Of a DNA stretch of 64,000 bases, positions 1 to 9,589 are shown in pieces; the stretch's first letter is position 1, and every line of letters begins with the position of its first letter. The stretch is from Candidatus Latescibacterota bacterium. GTDB lineage: Bacteria > Latescibacterota > UBA2968 > UBA8231. The notes beneath the pieces are model-generated. The model was not told the DNA's origin and made no database searches. It saw only the letters and a list, made by a program, of their open reading frames with translations. The translations under genes and the position numbers were made by a program. The stretch covers positions 160,001 to 224,000 of the forward strand of contig OZ244561.1 in NCBI GenBank assembly GCA_965217585.1, read 5' to 3'.

Positions 1-1
1 G

Positions 2-1066
2 TCCCGCGACTCCGTCGCGCAGTTTACTGGCCTCAGCCCCTTCGACTTCATTAACGACCATCGCGCCGCCGTCCCCTCGGGCCTGCTCTGCGCCCTCTAC
101 GACGCGATGGGCAAACACCTCGACCTGCCCGTCCACAAACTCCTCGGCCAAAAAAAGCGCGACGCCATCGCCGTGGCCGCCTGGACCCGACCCGCCTCCC
201 CAGAGATCTTCCGCGACGAGATCAAACGCGCCGCCGCCGAGGGCTACCGCGTCTTCAAAATCCACACCTGCACCCACCACGATGTCTTCGAGCAGACCCG
301 TCTGGCTACAGAAGTAGCCCCGGAGAGCTTCCGCATCCACTACGACTTCAACCACAACCGCAGCCTCGGCAGCGCCCTGCCGATCATCGCGGAACTCGAA
401 CGAAACTTCCCCATCGTCGGCTACATCGAAGACCCGCTCGACAAAAAGGACATCGACGGCTGGAAGCGCCTGCGCCAGCAGACCAGCCTGCCGCTAATCA
501 TGCACGGCACGCCCTTGGGCGGCGTTCAAGAACTGATCTACGGCCTCGCCGATATGTACATGATCGGCGGCACCCTCGAAGATACCATGGCCGCCGGCTG
601 GGCCTGTGGCCGAGCCAATGTGCAAGTCCTGCTGCAATTCGAGGGTGGCACCCTCGGCAAGGCTATGGCCATGCACATGGCCTCAGTGCTGCCGACCCAC
701 ACCGCCCACTCGATTAACCTCGACGACCAGTACGCCGAAGACTATACCACCGAGACCATTCCCGTCGTCGATGGAGCCTCCCCCGTACCCAACGGCCCAG
801 GCTTGGGCTTTACAGTCGATGAGGACGCACTGGCGCGGATGGCGGCCCAATCGCTCGTCGAGCGTCCAACCCACATCGGCGTCTTGCAGATGCCCGGCGG
901 GCACACGTACTACGGCCCGTCCTATATCTCCCCCACCAGAATCACCGGCCATCAGGAGGGCGTTGACCGCGGCTTCCGCTCCTCGATCTGGGAAGACGAC
1001 GGCTCAGCCGAATTCGCCAAAATCCACGACCGCGTCAACAAGGAAGGCGTCTTCCGCGCCGACTGA
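2..1066 (+). CDS. Mandelate racemase/muconate lactonizing enzyme (enolase superfamily) protein, 5' end outside window
   Basis: Frame is open from position 2 through the 107..1066 ORF; motifs 'ALYDAMGKHLDLPVHKLLG', 'FKIH', 'DFN', 'IEDP' and C-terminal 'PNGPGLGFTVDE'. Confidence 0.85.
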   Translation, partial: SRDSVAQFTGLSPFDFINDHRAAVPSGLLCALYDAMGKHLDLPVHKLLGQKKRDAIAVAAWTRPASPEIFRDEIKRAAAEGYRVFKIHTCTHHDVFEQTRLATEVAPESFRIHYDFNHNRSLGSALPIIAELERNFPIVGYIEDPLDKKDIDGWKRLRQQTSLPLIMHGTPLGGVQELIYGLADMYMIGGTLEDTMAAGWACGRANVQVLLQFEGGTLGKAMAMHMASVLPTHTAHSINLDDQYAEDYTTETIPVVDGASPVPNGPGLGFTVDEDALARMAAQSLVERPTHIGVLQMPGGHTYYGPSYISPTRITGHQEGVDRGFRSSIWEDDGSAEFAKIHDRVNKEGVFRAD

Positions 1067-1068
1067 CG
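1023..1068 (+). repeat. 46-bp perfect direct repeat, copy 1 (3' end of the enolase-family gene including its stop codon)
   Basis: TCCACGACCGCGTCAACAAGGAAGGCGTCTTCCGCGCCGACTGACG recurs identically at 2263-2308. Confidence 0.95.
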
Positions 1069-1090
1069 ATTTTACGTTGTCAAATCGCTG

Positions 1091-2212
1091 CTAGAAGCGC
1101 GCCGCGGCTAGAGGGCCGGGGTCGCGTCCGTCCAAGGCCAGTTCCACCATGCGTTCGGCGGCCAGCAGGCCGATGGAGTTGCCGTAACCGCTAAAGCCCA
1201 AGGCAAAGACCGCGTCGGGCAGATCCGGGAGGGCACCGACAGCCGCCCGGCGATCCGGAGTGAAGCCGTGGATGCCGGCCCAGTGGTGCTCGACTTCAAA
1301 GGAGAGGCCCGAGAACCAGCGGCGCAGATAGGTTTCGAGATTCTGTAGCAGATTCGGAGTGACGGCGTCCTCGGCGGTGTACTCCTGCTCCTCAAAGAAA
1401 ATCCGGGCGCCGCCGATCATCAAACGCCCATCTTCAAACTGGCGGAAGTAATTGTACTCGGTGATGCCGGCGATCTCCATCAGGGGTTCCACTGGGGTGG
1501 TCACGAGAATCTGGCCGCGCACTGGGCGCACGATGCGGCGCAGGTACGGGTGCAAATCGCAGCCGTACCCATTGGTGGCGATGTACACCTTGCGACAGCG
1601 GATATGAGCGCGGCGTCCGCGCACTATCAGGCCCTGGCCCTCCGCTTCGATGCGGTAGACCTCATTGTGGTCGTAAAAGGCGGCCCCAGAGGCGGCGGCA
1701 ATGGCCTCGGTGAGGCGTGCCGGCTGCACCATGAAATCGCCCTCCACCTGTAGAGATGCCGCGTACCCAGCGCCATAGGGATCGCTCTGGGCAAACTCGA
1801 CCTCAACGCCGTCGGCGGCAAAGGCGCGGGCCCACTCTTCCAGTTCACGGGCGTCGGCTTGGGTTTCGGCTAGGTGGATGGCACCCTCTTCCCAGGGCAC
1901 CTCGTACTGCTTGGCCAAGGCGCGCATACGGGCGACGTTGTCGCACACCATGGCGAGGATTTGGCGGGCGGCCGGGTGCCCCACTTGGGCGATGAGGGCG
2001 GGATACGTCTCGCGCTGCGAGGTCAGCACAAAGCCGGCGTTGCGGCCCGATGCGCCAGCGGCCGGAAAGCGGGCGTCAACCAAGGCCACATCGCGGCCCC
2101 GCTGGTGCAGCAGGGTAGCTGCGTACGAGCCGACAATGCCGGCACCGATCACCACATCGTCGTGTTCGACCTGCAACGGCTCAGATACTTCTTGCCATTT
2201 AGATACGGTCAT
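1091..2212 (-). CDS. FAD-dependent oxidoreductase (DAO/PuuB-like family)
   Basis: Rossmann motif 'VVIGAGIVG', 'GASGRNAGF', 'VRGQI', 'WAGIHGFTPD', 'GFSGYGN'. Confidence 0.85.
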   Translation of the reverse strand: MTVSKWQEVSEPLQVEHDDVVIGAGIVGSYAATLLHQRGRDVALVDARFPAAGASGRNAGFVLTSQRETYPALIAQVGHPAARQILAMVCDNVARMRALAKQYEVPWEEGAIHLAETQADARELEEWARAFAADGVEVEFAQSDPYGAGYAASLQVEGDFMVQPARLTEAIAAASGAAFYDHNEVYRIEAEGQGLIVRGRRAHIRCRKVYIATNGYGCDLHPYLRRIVRPVRGQILVTTPVEPLMEIAGITEYNYFRQFEDGRLMIGGARIFFEEQEYTAEDAVTPNLLQNLETYLRRWFSGLSFEVEHHWAGIHGFTPDRRAAVGALPDLPDAVFALGFSGYGNSIGLLAAERMVELALDGRDPGPLAAARF

Positions 2213-2262
2213 AATGCCTCCAAGGGGATGATGGCCGTCCCCGATAAGATAATCGGTCTAAG

Positions 2263-2308
2263 TCCACGACCGCGTCAACAAGGAAGGCGTCTTCCGCGCC
2301 GACTGACG
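2263..2308 (+). repeat. 46-bp perfect direct repeat, copy 2
   Basis: Identical to 1023-1068; the two copies bracket the FAD oxidoreductase gene. Confidence 0.95.
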
Positions 2309-2317
2309 CGAATGCCT

Positions 2318-3133
2318 CTATATATCCTGCACCCGACGCCAGCGGTCGTAGTAGCCCTGCATCCGCGCCGGCAGCCCGGCCCGCACATTGTCGGCTAGTT
2401 GCCAGCGGAAGCGCTCGTCGAGAGCTTCGCGCGACTGGTCCTCCACGTGCTTGACTAACGCGCCTGTCAAAGTCAACCGCTCGGGCACGCCTTCGGGCAA
2501 GCGGCCCCGGTGAATGGTATTGCCGGTCCAGAAGATGGTCTGCCCCTTTTGCAGCACTATTTGCTCTGCATTGGGCACATCGCCCTTGCGGTCGTTGATC
2601 AGCACTTCGCGCTCTCGCTCGGTGCGGTAGCGGCGCTGGCTGCCCGGCACCAGCCACAGACAGGCGTCGTCGGCCAAGGCCAAGTGCCATTTGACCAAGT
2701 TCTTGCGATAGCGGCCCAGAATCTCCAGCTCCACCTCCCGGCTGCCGTCGCGCTCCTCTTGGCCAAAATCGCGGTGCCAGCCCGTGTCGTAGTCCGTTGG
2801 GCCGCACAGGACAATCAGCCCCACCCAGCCCAAGCGCAACGGGCCGCCCACCACGGCGCGCACGCAGGTCTCCACCGGCTCCGACATGAGGTATTCGGCA
2901 AAGATCGGCTCGCCAAACTCGGGCGCGATCAAGCCCAAGATGTGGCGCGGTTCCACGCTTGGGCCGCCGGTGCTGATCCGCTCGTCCGTAGCCACCACCG
3001 CGCCGGAGCGCACCTTTTCCACCGCGCACCGCGCCCCGGCCTCCAAGGCCGCTAGCATGTCCGGGGCAACTGCGTCGTCGGCAATGAAATAACCCCGCTC
3101 GCGGTATTGCTCAATCTGCAATGATGTCGCCAT
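2318..3133 (-). CDS. Phytanoyl-CoA dioxygenase (PhyH) family Fe(II)/2OG dioxygenase
   Basis: Start trimmed to ATG at 3133 (MATSLQIEQYRERGYF), preceded by a purine-rich RBS; metal motif 'WHRD...IHRG', 'LWLVPGS'. Confidence 0.8.
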   Translation of the reverse strand: MATSLQIEQYRERGYFIADDAVAPDMLAALEAGARCAVEKVRSGAVVATDERISTGGPSVEPRHILGLIAPEFGEPIFAEYLMSEPVETCVRAVVGGPLRLGWVGLIVLCGPTDYDTGWHRDFGQEERDGSREVELEILGRYRKNLVKWHLALADDACLWLVPGSQRRYRTEREREVLINDRKGDVPNAEQIVLQKGQTIFWTGNTIHRGRLPEGVPERLTLTGALVKHVEDQSREALDERFRWQLADNVRAGLPARMQGYYDRWRRVQDI

Positions 3134-3153
3134 GTAGCCCTCTCCTCTCCGCG

Positions 3154-4065
3154 CTAGGGCCGGTACGGCTCGCCCGTGCGCCGCAGCTTCTTGGTCACCG
3201 CGATCTGACAGGTCGCGTACCCGCCCATGTAGCCGGTGGCAAAGCCTGGGCGCGCGTCCCCAATGGTGCCGACGATCATGTTGGCGTATTCGTACGTGGT
3301 GTCGTAGCGGTCGCAAATGAGGGCCACCATTTCGAGCCACGCCGCTTTGAGCGCGTCGCCCCACTCAGCCGCGCGCGCACTGGTGAGATATTCCTCGGCG
3401 TCTTCCACAACCCTGGTGGTCTCGACCACGGGGCTGCTGTTGGGGAATCCAGGCGAGCGATCCACCTTGAGCGTAATGGCTGAGTCGATCTCGACCCCGG
3501 CCCCGGTCAGCTCGCCGTCGCCCATGCGCGCATGAACATCGCCCAGATAGAGCAATCCCCCGGGCTTTTGCGCACGGATGTGGACGGTGCTGCCGGGCTG
3601 GATGGCATTGAAATCCATGTTGCCGCCGTGATCGATGGCGTTGGGTGCCCACGATTCGAGTTGGACAACGCCGATCATCGGCCGCACCGGCACGACAAAA
3701 TCCGGCGGAAAGTGAATCAGCCCATCGCGCACCGGTGCCACGCAGCGCCAATTGCCCCAATTGGGGCCGCCGTTGCGATAGAATCCATAGGGGCCAACCT
3801 CCATATCGATAATCTCGATAGCCACCCAATCGTCCGGCCCAATGCCCTCGATGAGAAAGGGACCGCCGGGGCGGGCGTAGCGGCGATGGCTCTCCCCGGA
3901 AGTAATCATGCCAGCGCGAGTCTCTCCGGCCGCTTCAAAGTCGTTGTCCGCTCCGCCAGTAGTCTCGATGATGACGGTTTCTCCGAGCGCCAAGGTGCCG
4001 CGCACTTGGCCGATTTCCGGGTCGTCCGGCCCGCTGTAATGGGGGGTGCGAGTAAAGTGACGCAT
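3154..4065 (-). CDS. Acetamidase/formamidase family protein
   Basis: 'PVRPMIGVV', 'HGGNMD', 'GGLLYLGDVHARMGDGELTG' motifs. Confidence 0.85.
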   Translation of the reverse strand: MRHFTRTPHYSGPDDPEIGQVRGTLALGETVIIETTGGADNDFEAAGETRAGMITSGESHRRYARPGGPFLIEGIGPDDWVAIEIIDMEVGPYGFYRNGGPNWGNWRCVAPVRDGLIHFPPDFVVPVRPMIGVVQLESWAPNAIDHGGNMDFNAIQPGSTVHIRAQKPGGLLYLGDVHARMGDGELTGAGVEIDSAITLKVDRSPGFPNSSPVVETTRVVEDAEEYLTSARAAEWGDALKAAWLEMVALICDRYDTTYEYANMIVGTIGDARPGFATGYMGGYATCQIAVTKKLRRTGEPYRP

Positions 4066-4097
4066 AAGCGTTCTCCTTTGCTGATGATGTTGAAATC

Positions 4098-4892
4098 CTA
4101 GCGCCCCTCGGCAAACGGAAAGGTTCCGTTGTACCCGAGCGCGGCAATGGCCGGCAACGGCGAGCTAACAAAGGGAATCCCCGGGAACATCGGCGTCTGC
4201 TGGTAGTGCAGCACCACGTTGCCGCGGATGGGGGCGTCGGCATCTTCCTTTAGCTTGGCACCCTGGTGCGGGATGTGGCTGAAAAACACCACTGCGTCGC
4301 CGGTCATGGGATGGAGGTGGATATGTTCCTGCCGCTCGCACCACTGGTAAAAGGGGTTGTCGGAATTGTACCCGCCTAGGTGGCGGATTTCCTCGGGCAG
4401 GGCGTTGTGGCAGAAGTTGTTGATGAAGGTCAAGCGCCCGGTTTCTGGTGCGTTGTCCGTCAGGTAAAACGTGGTGTTTATGCACAGCGGCCGCAGCGCG
4501 TGCCGCGCCTCGTCGGGCGCATCCCAATAATAGCCAAAATCCTTGTGCCACTCTTGGGTATAAGCGCCCGGATTGAGGTGCGCGCGAAAGCTCCGCAACT
4601 GACATTGCCGCCCGAGCATAGCCTGCAAATACGGCGCGACCGAGGGGTGGCCGACCATGGGCCGGGCCAGCTCGGATTCCTGCTCCAGCAGATGGTCAAA
4701 AGCCACATTGCCCACTTCGTTGCTAATATCCCATTCCCGCCGCTCGTACTTCCGCACCAAGCACTCCCGCCAGGCCAGCACCACATCCTCGGGCAGCGCG
4801 TTGCGCACCAATAGAAAGCCGTGCCGGTCGAGCGCGTCGAACTGGTCGTCTAGATCGGCGATTCGGGCCGTATCCGCGACGATTTCGCTCAT
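4098..4892 (-). CDS. PhyH family dioxygenase
   Basis: 'GFLLVRNAL', 'QEWHKD', 'FYLTD', 'GDAVVFFSHIPHQG'. Confidence 0.8.
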   Translation of the reverse strand: MSEIVADTARIADLDDQFDALDRHGFLLVRNALPEDVVLAWRECLVRKYERREWDISNEVGNVAFDHLLEQESELARPMVGHPSVAPYLQAMLGRQCQLRSFRAHLNPGAYTQEWHKDFGYYWDAPDEARHALRPLCINTTFYLTDNAPETGRLTFINNFCHNALPEEIRHLGGYNSDNPFYQWCERQEHIHLHPMTGDAVVFFSHIPHQGAKLKEDADAPIRGNVVLHYQQTPMFPGIPFVSSPLPAIAALGYNGTFPFAEGR

Positions 4893-4909
4893 GGAAAAGC
4901 TCCTAGTCT

Positions 4910-5629
4910 TTAGTGGTCATTTACACTGCGCGCAAAATACCGCTCCCAGCGCTCCGTCGGCTCAAAGCCCAAGATGCGCCGGGCCTTATCGACATTGTAC
5001 TTCCCGTGCCCCTCCCAGCTAAGCAAGTTGAACTCCTGAAAGCAGTCCGGCACTTCTGGAATTTCCAACGCCAGCCGACAGGCGTGCTGCAAGTCCTCCC
5101 ACACTACCGTAAAGGGCGCAAAGTCCCCGGTACTTTGCGTCGGTCGCGGCCCCAAGCCATTGAACACAAAACTGATCGTCTGAATGCCATACGCCCGCGC
5201 GAACGTCCGGCAAATCTCGCTCGCCAAGCCCTTGGTCAGGCAGTAATAACCCGTGGTCAAAACCGGCGGCACGTCCGCAATGTCAAAGTCGTGGTCATAG
5301 GTGCGGCGGACGAATTGCGGGCCGGTGTGAATCACCTTTTTGATCCCGTGTTCAGCCGCGGCCTGCATAGTGTTGAGCGCCCCCCGCGTGTTGACGTGAA
5401 AGCTCTGCTCGGGATGGTCGCGCACGACCGTAAAATTCATAATCGCATCCATGCCCGCGGCCGCGTCCCGCACCTCCTCCCGCGACGACACATCGCAATG
5501 CACGATGGGCTTGCCGTCCGGGTGCGGGGCGATGTCGGCCAGCGTCAGATCGTATGTGTCTTCAAGGCCGGGCAGCAGATTGGGAGCGATCATCCCCGAG
5601 GCCCCTAACAGCAATACCTTTTTCTTCAA
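4910..5629 (-). CDS. NAD-dependent epimerase/dehydratase family protein (uronate dehydrogenase-like)
   Basis: 'VLLLGASGMI' Rossmann motif, YxxxK 'YCLTK', 'ARRILGFEP'. Confidence 0.8.
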   Translation of the reverse strand: MKKKVLLLGASGMIAPNLLPGLEDTYDLTLADIAPHPDGKPIVHCDVSSREEVRDAAAGMDAIMNFTVVRDHPEQSFHVNTRGALNTMQAAAEHGIKKVIHTGPQFVRRTYDHDFDIADVPPVLTTGYYCLTKGLASEICRTFARAYGIQTISFVFNGLGPRPTQSTGDFAPFTVVWEDLQHACRLALEIPEVPDCFQEFNLLSWEGHGKYNVDKARRILGFEPTERWERYFARSVNDH

Positions 5630-6354
5630 GACGCGCCTCCGCGAAACTCGCGCTGCGGCCGATAGCCCATAGACTTAGCTTGATCGAGCAAAAACTTGGG
5701 ATGGGCGATCGGCGCGGCGATGTGGTACACAGCCCAGCGCGGCACCCAATTTAGGGACGCGCTCGCGTCCCGCGCCAACGCCGCGCAAAACGCCTGCGCT
5801 GCATCCCGAATATCGACCCACATCAAATCGCGTTCCCACCCGACGACCTCCTCCTCCCGCACTAGCTTGCCGAGGCGCAACGCCGTGACCGTGATGGGAT
5901 ACTCGCGCACAAATTCGCGGCACGTGATCTCACCCAAATACCGTGCTAACACCGCCAGCTCAGGCGGTGGCAATGGCTTGTAATACTCCGTGACGTACAC
6001 CGTGTCGGGATACGCGCTGAACACTTCAAGAGTACTGCCGTACACAAACCGCTTGACGCCAGCCTCCACCGCCGCCTGAAACAGCACATGCGTACCGCGC
6101 GTCGCCCGGTCGAGCAGGATCTCTGCGCTTTCGGGCGCGGGCGGCGGCTCGCCCGTGTGGACGACGGCATCTACATCCCGCACCGCCTGCCATACCACAT
6201 CTGGATCCGTCAGCCGGCCTTCGACCCATTCGACACCTTGCCGCTGCGCCGCACAGTCGTCCAGCAGACGCAACTCCGCGTTTTCATCCGCAGCCAGCGC
6301 GACGGCTATCTCTTGGCCCAATGCACTAGCCGCGCCCGTAACCAATACCCGCAT
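5626..6354 (-). CDS. NAD-dependent epimerase/dehydratase family protein
   Basis: 'RVLVTGAASALG', 'GVKRFVYGST', 'VDIRDAAQAF'; overlaps the downstream gene by 4 bp. Confidence 0.75.
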   Translation of the reverse strand: MRVLVTGAASALGQEIAVALAADENAELRLLDDCAAQRQGVEWVEGRLTDPDVVWQAVRDVDAVVHTGEPPPAPESAEILLDRATRGTHVLFQAAVEAGVKRFVYGSTLEVFSAYPDTVYVTEYYKPLPPPELAVLARYLGEITCREFVREYPITVTALRLGKLVREEEVVGWERDLMWVDIRDAAQAFCAALARDASASLNWVPRWAVYHIAAPIAHPKFLLDQAKSMGYRPQREFRGGAS

Positions 6355-6367
6355 CTACTCGTATCCT

Positions 6368-7498
6368 CTAGCGGAACCAATCGTACGTCAGCCCCAAGCT
6401 GCGGTCGGCCAACGGCAATTCCACCCGCTCGCCGCCTTGAGCCGCCGACCGCTTCAGCCCCAGTTCCACTTCCAGCGCGACAGCGACCCGCCGCCCAGAA
6501 TTTTTCGGCTCGTCCAACCGCCCCTCCATACAGGCGATCAAGTCGTCGAGACAGTACACCGTCCGCATCCCCGACAAAAACTGCGGCGCGGGCCACGGCA
6601 TTTCCACCCGCCCGGCAGCCGGCGTTTCCACGTCTTGATAGAGCCGCCACTGATTGTGCTCAAAAACCATCTCCCCCCGACTCCCCGAAATCCGCACCTC
6701 GGGCGCACCAGCGCGGATGTGTACTACCAAGTCATCGCTGCACGCGATCATCCCCTGCCCCATGAACTCAGTGCTGCCGCGCTCCCGCCGCGGCTGATCG
6801 CCCGTGCCGCATACCCAGATCGGATCGCCGGTCAAAAAGTAGCTCCAGTCCTGATGCTGAGCGAAAACTGGGACGCGCGCTTCGAGCGACCGCACCTGGC
6901 CAATCACCCCCTCCTCTACCAGCGACTTGGCCCGTGCAAACGACGGATGCGAAACACTCGTCGCCCCACCCACCAGCGGCACCCCGGCCTCGGCGCAAGC
7001 TCCGACCATGGCGTCGGCCTCGGCCAGTGAGAACACCATCGGCTTATCTACCAACACGCCCCGCACCCCAGCGGCGACCGCGGCGACCGTCAGCGCGGAT
7101 CGCCCCTTCGTATTCGTCGCAATCGCCACGATGTCCAGCCGCTCTTCGTCCAACATCTCCAGCGCGTCCGCGTACAAGGCCCCAATGCCGTAGCGCTCCC
7201 CGAACATGGCCCGCCGCCGTGGATCCCGGTCGGCCCCGGCCACCAATTCCACTTCGGGCCGGTCGAAAAAGGCCGCAGCATACGAAGTAGCCAGCCCCTC
7301 CCGCCCGGGGTGATCGTAGAGGTGAAACGTCCGCTTGACATCGAGTCCGTCCGGCAGGGGCCGATCGGCACTTTCAACATCGTATATCGGTGCCTGATAC
7401 GACCCACCAATGCGCTCGTAATCCCGCTTGCCCAAGTCGTAGAGAAACCCCATCCACCCCAGGCCGATGACACCGGCGCGATATTTTTTTTGTTCCAT
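6368..7498 (-). CDS. Gfo/Idh/MocA family oxidoreductase
   Basis: 'AGVIGLGWMG', 'EMLDEERLDIVAIAT', 'VDKPM..SLAEADAMV'. Confidence 0.85.
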   Translation of the reverse strand: MEQKKYRAGVIGLGWMGFLYDLGKRDYERIGGSYQAPIYDVESADRPLPDGLDVKRTFHLYDHPGREGLATSYAAAFFDRPEVELVAGADRDPRRRAMFGERYGIGALYADALEMLDEERLDIVAIATNTKGRSALTVAAVAAGVRGVLVDKPMVFSLAEADAMVGACAEAGVPLVGGATSVSHPSFARAKSLVEEGVIGQVRSLEARVPVFAQHQDWSYFLTGDPIWVCGTGDQPRRERGSTEFMGQGMIACSDDLVVHIRAGAPEVRISGSRGEMVFEHNQWRLYQDVETPAAGRVEMPWPAPQFLSGMRTVYCLDDLIACMEGRLDEPKNSGRRVAVALEVELGLKRSAAQGGERVELPLADRSLGLTYDWFR

Positions 7499-7634
7499 CG
7501 TCCAATCTCCCTGCGCAATTAATCCCCTCGTCCCGCTCTTTCGTAGGAGCTAACTCTGTTGCCCCCGCGAATGCGGAATGCCTATGTTACGCCCGGCAAA
7601 AAGGAAGCGCAAGATCAACAACCGAGGATCGGCC

Positions 7635-8732
7635 ATGCAAAAGCACAGCGCAATGCTACTGGCGGTCGCCTTGGCCGCCACCACAGGAGAAGCCAACGTG
7701 AGCAAAGACAGCTTTGGAACGACCGCGGCGGGACAGCCCGTCGATCGCTATACCCTCGCAAACGACCACGGCACTATGGCCCGCGTCATTACCTATGGTG
7801 GGATCATCACCGAGCTTCTCGTGCGCGATCGCGCCGGCATGCTGGGCGACGTAGTGCTAGGCTTTGACCGCTTGGAGCAGTACGAGAAGGAGAATCCGTA
7901 CTTCGGCTGTATCACCGGGCGAGTCGCCAACCGCATCGCCGGAGGCAAATTCTCCCTAGATGGCCAAGAGTACGCGCTCGCAGTCAACAACGGGTCCAAT
8001 CACCTGCACGGCGGGTTAGTGGGCTTCGACAAGGTCGTCTGGGAGGCCGAGGTCGTGGACGACACACGCGGACCGGCGGTGCGCTTGCGTTACGTGAGTC
8101 AAGACGGCGAGGAGGGCTATCCGGGCACCGTGCCGGTGAGCGTGACATACACTTTGACCCACGACGACGCCCTAGTCATCGCATACGAGGCGACCACTGA
8201 TATGCCTACGCCGATCAATCTGACCAACCACTCCTATTTCAACTTGGCCGGCAGCGGCCCTGTGCTCGGGCATATCCTCACGCTCCACGCCCGCTACTAC
8301 ACCGAGCCGGACGCCAACCAAGTCCCCACTGGGCGCATTTTGCCGGTGGCCGGCACTCCCCTCGACTTTGGCAAACCGGCCGCCATTGGCGGGCGAATTG
8401 GGCAGATCGGGCAGGTCGGCGGCTACGACCACAACTACGTGCTCGACAATGGGGGGCGGGCTGAGCCAGGGCTGGCCGCCGAGGTGTACGAGCCGGAGAG
8501 CGGGCGGGTGATGGAGCTGTACACCACCGAGCCGGGCGTGCAGTTGTACTCGGCCATCCACCTCGACGGAGTGCCGGGCAAGGGCGGGACACTATACAAT
8601 CAGTACCACGGCCTGTGCCTAGAGACCCAGCACTATCCCGACTCGATCAACCAGCCGGGCTTTCCGTCGGTGGTGTTGCGTCCGGGGGAGACCTACCGGA
8701 CGGTTACAACACACAAGTTTTCGACGCGGTAA
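7635..8732 (+). CDS. galM: Aldose 1-epimerase (galactose mutarotase)
   Basis: 'GRVANRIAGG', 'NHLHGG', 'GEEGYPG', 'NLTNHSYFNL', 'GYDHNY', 'GLCLETQHYPD'; ATG at 7635 follows GAGGA (start uncertain). Confidence 0.92.
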   Translation: MQKHSAMLLAVALAATTGEANVSKDSFGTTAAGQPVDRYTLANDHGTMARVITYGGIITELLVRDRAGMLGDVVLGFDRLEQYEKENPYFGCITGRVANRIAGGKFSLDGQEYALAVNNGSNHLHGGLVGFDKVVWEAEVVDDTRGPAVRLRYVSQDGEEGYPGTVPVSVTYTLTHDDALVIAYEATTDMPTPINLTNHSYFNLAGSGPVLGHILTLHARYYTEPDANQVPTGRILPVAGTPLDFGKPAAIGGRIGQIGQVGGYDHNYVLDNGGRAEPGLAAEVYEPESGRVMELYTTEPGVQLYSAIHLDGVPGKGGTLYNQYHGLCLETQHYPDSINQPGFPSVVLRPGETYRTVTTHKFSTR

Positions 8733-8767
8733 GGAGCCACTTTTGGAGCGCCTGCGGCCTGTGTGAG

Positions 8768-9526
8768 TTAACCCGTCCAAGGTTCGGGATCGGCGAATAG
8801 ACAGCGGGCTGCCGGGCGCAAGCGCTGAGCGGCCGCAGGGCTGAGGGCACTGGAAAAAACCATGTGCGGGTCGTCGCGACGGCAGAAAAAACTGGTGAGA
8901 CTGAGGCGGCTGCTAGCACTGTGGTTGCAGGTGGTGCCGTGCCAGACGTGGCTGTTGAAGACGGCGACCGTGCCGGCCGGACCGAGCAACAGCTTTTGAC
9001 GCGGGTGATCCGCGGCGGGGTCCTCTAGCGCTTCTCCGGGCGTCTGGCCGCTCCGGTGGGTGCCGGGAATCACTCGCGTGGCTCCGTTTTCCGGCGTGAA
9101 TTCCGTCAGCATCCACAGCGAATTGCATACGGCGTAGCGACCTGCATGGGCCGCTGGACCGTTGTAATCGACGTGTAGGGCCTGCTGCTCACCGCCGGAC
9201 GGATGGGGCCGGCCGTGAACGCCGAAGGACTTGATACAGCCGTCCAAGACGTGGCAGATGGCGGCCAGAACGCACGGATGGGTAAAGCAAATGTCGAGAC
9301 CGGCAGTTTTGTTCTGCATGTAGCTACTTTCGGCCGGCCCATCCTTTTGCCCCGTGCCCTCGGCGGCGTACACCCCGTCCATTGCACTGCATAGCGAGGC
9401 GATCTGTGCGGCCGAGAGGATATTGGGCAGGAGCACATAGCCTTCGCGGTCCAAGTGCGCCTTCTCAGCCTGAGAGAGGGTATCGTCGCGCACCCCCAAT
9501 TCGTATAAGGCCTCCTGTAGCGTCAT
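8768..9526 (-). CDS. PhyH family dioxygenase
   Basis: 'QQALHVD', 'CNSLWMLTEFTPENGATRVIPGTH', 'VFNSHVWHG'. Confidence 0.85.
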   Translation of the reverse strand: MTLQEALYELGVRDDTLSQAEKAHLDREGYVLLPNILSAAQIASLCSAMDGVYAAEGTGQKDGPAESSYMQNKTAGLDICFTHPCVLAAICHVLDGCIKSFGVHGRPHPSGGEQQALHVDYNGPAAHAGRYAVCNSLWMLTEFTPENGATRVIPGTHRSGQTPGEALEDPAADHPRQKLLLGPAGTVAVFNSHVWHGTTCNHSASSRLSLTSFFCRRDDPHMVFSSALSPAAAQRLRPAARCLFADPEPWTG

Positions 9527-9589
9527 CTCCGGTTCCTTAGTTGCTTGCGACTTCACAATGGTTCTATTCCGCGTGCGCCGCAAGCTCGC

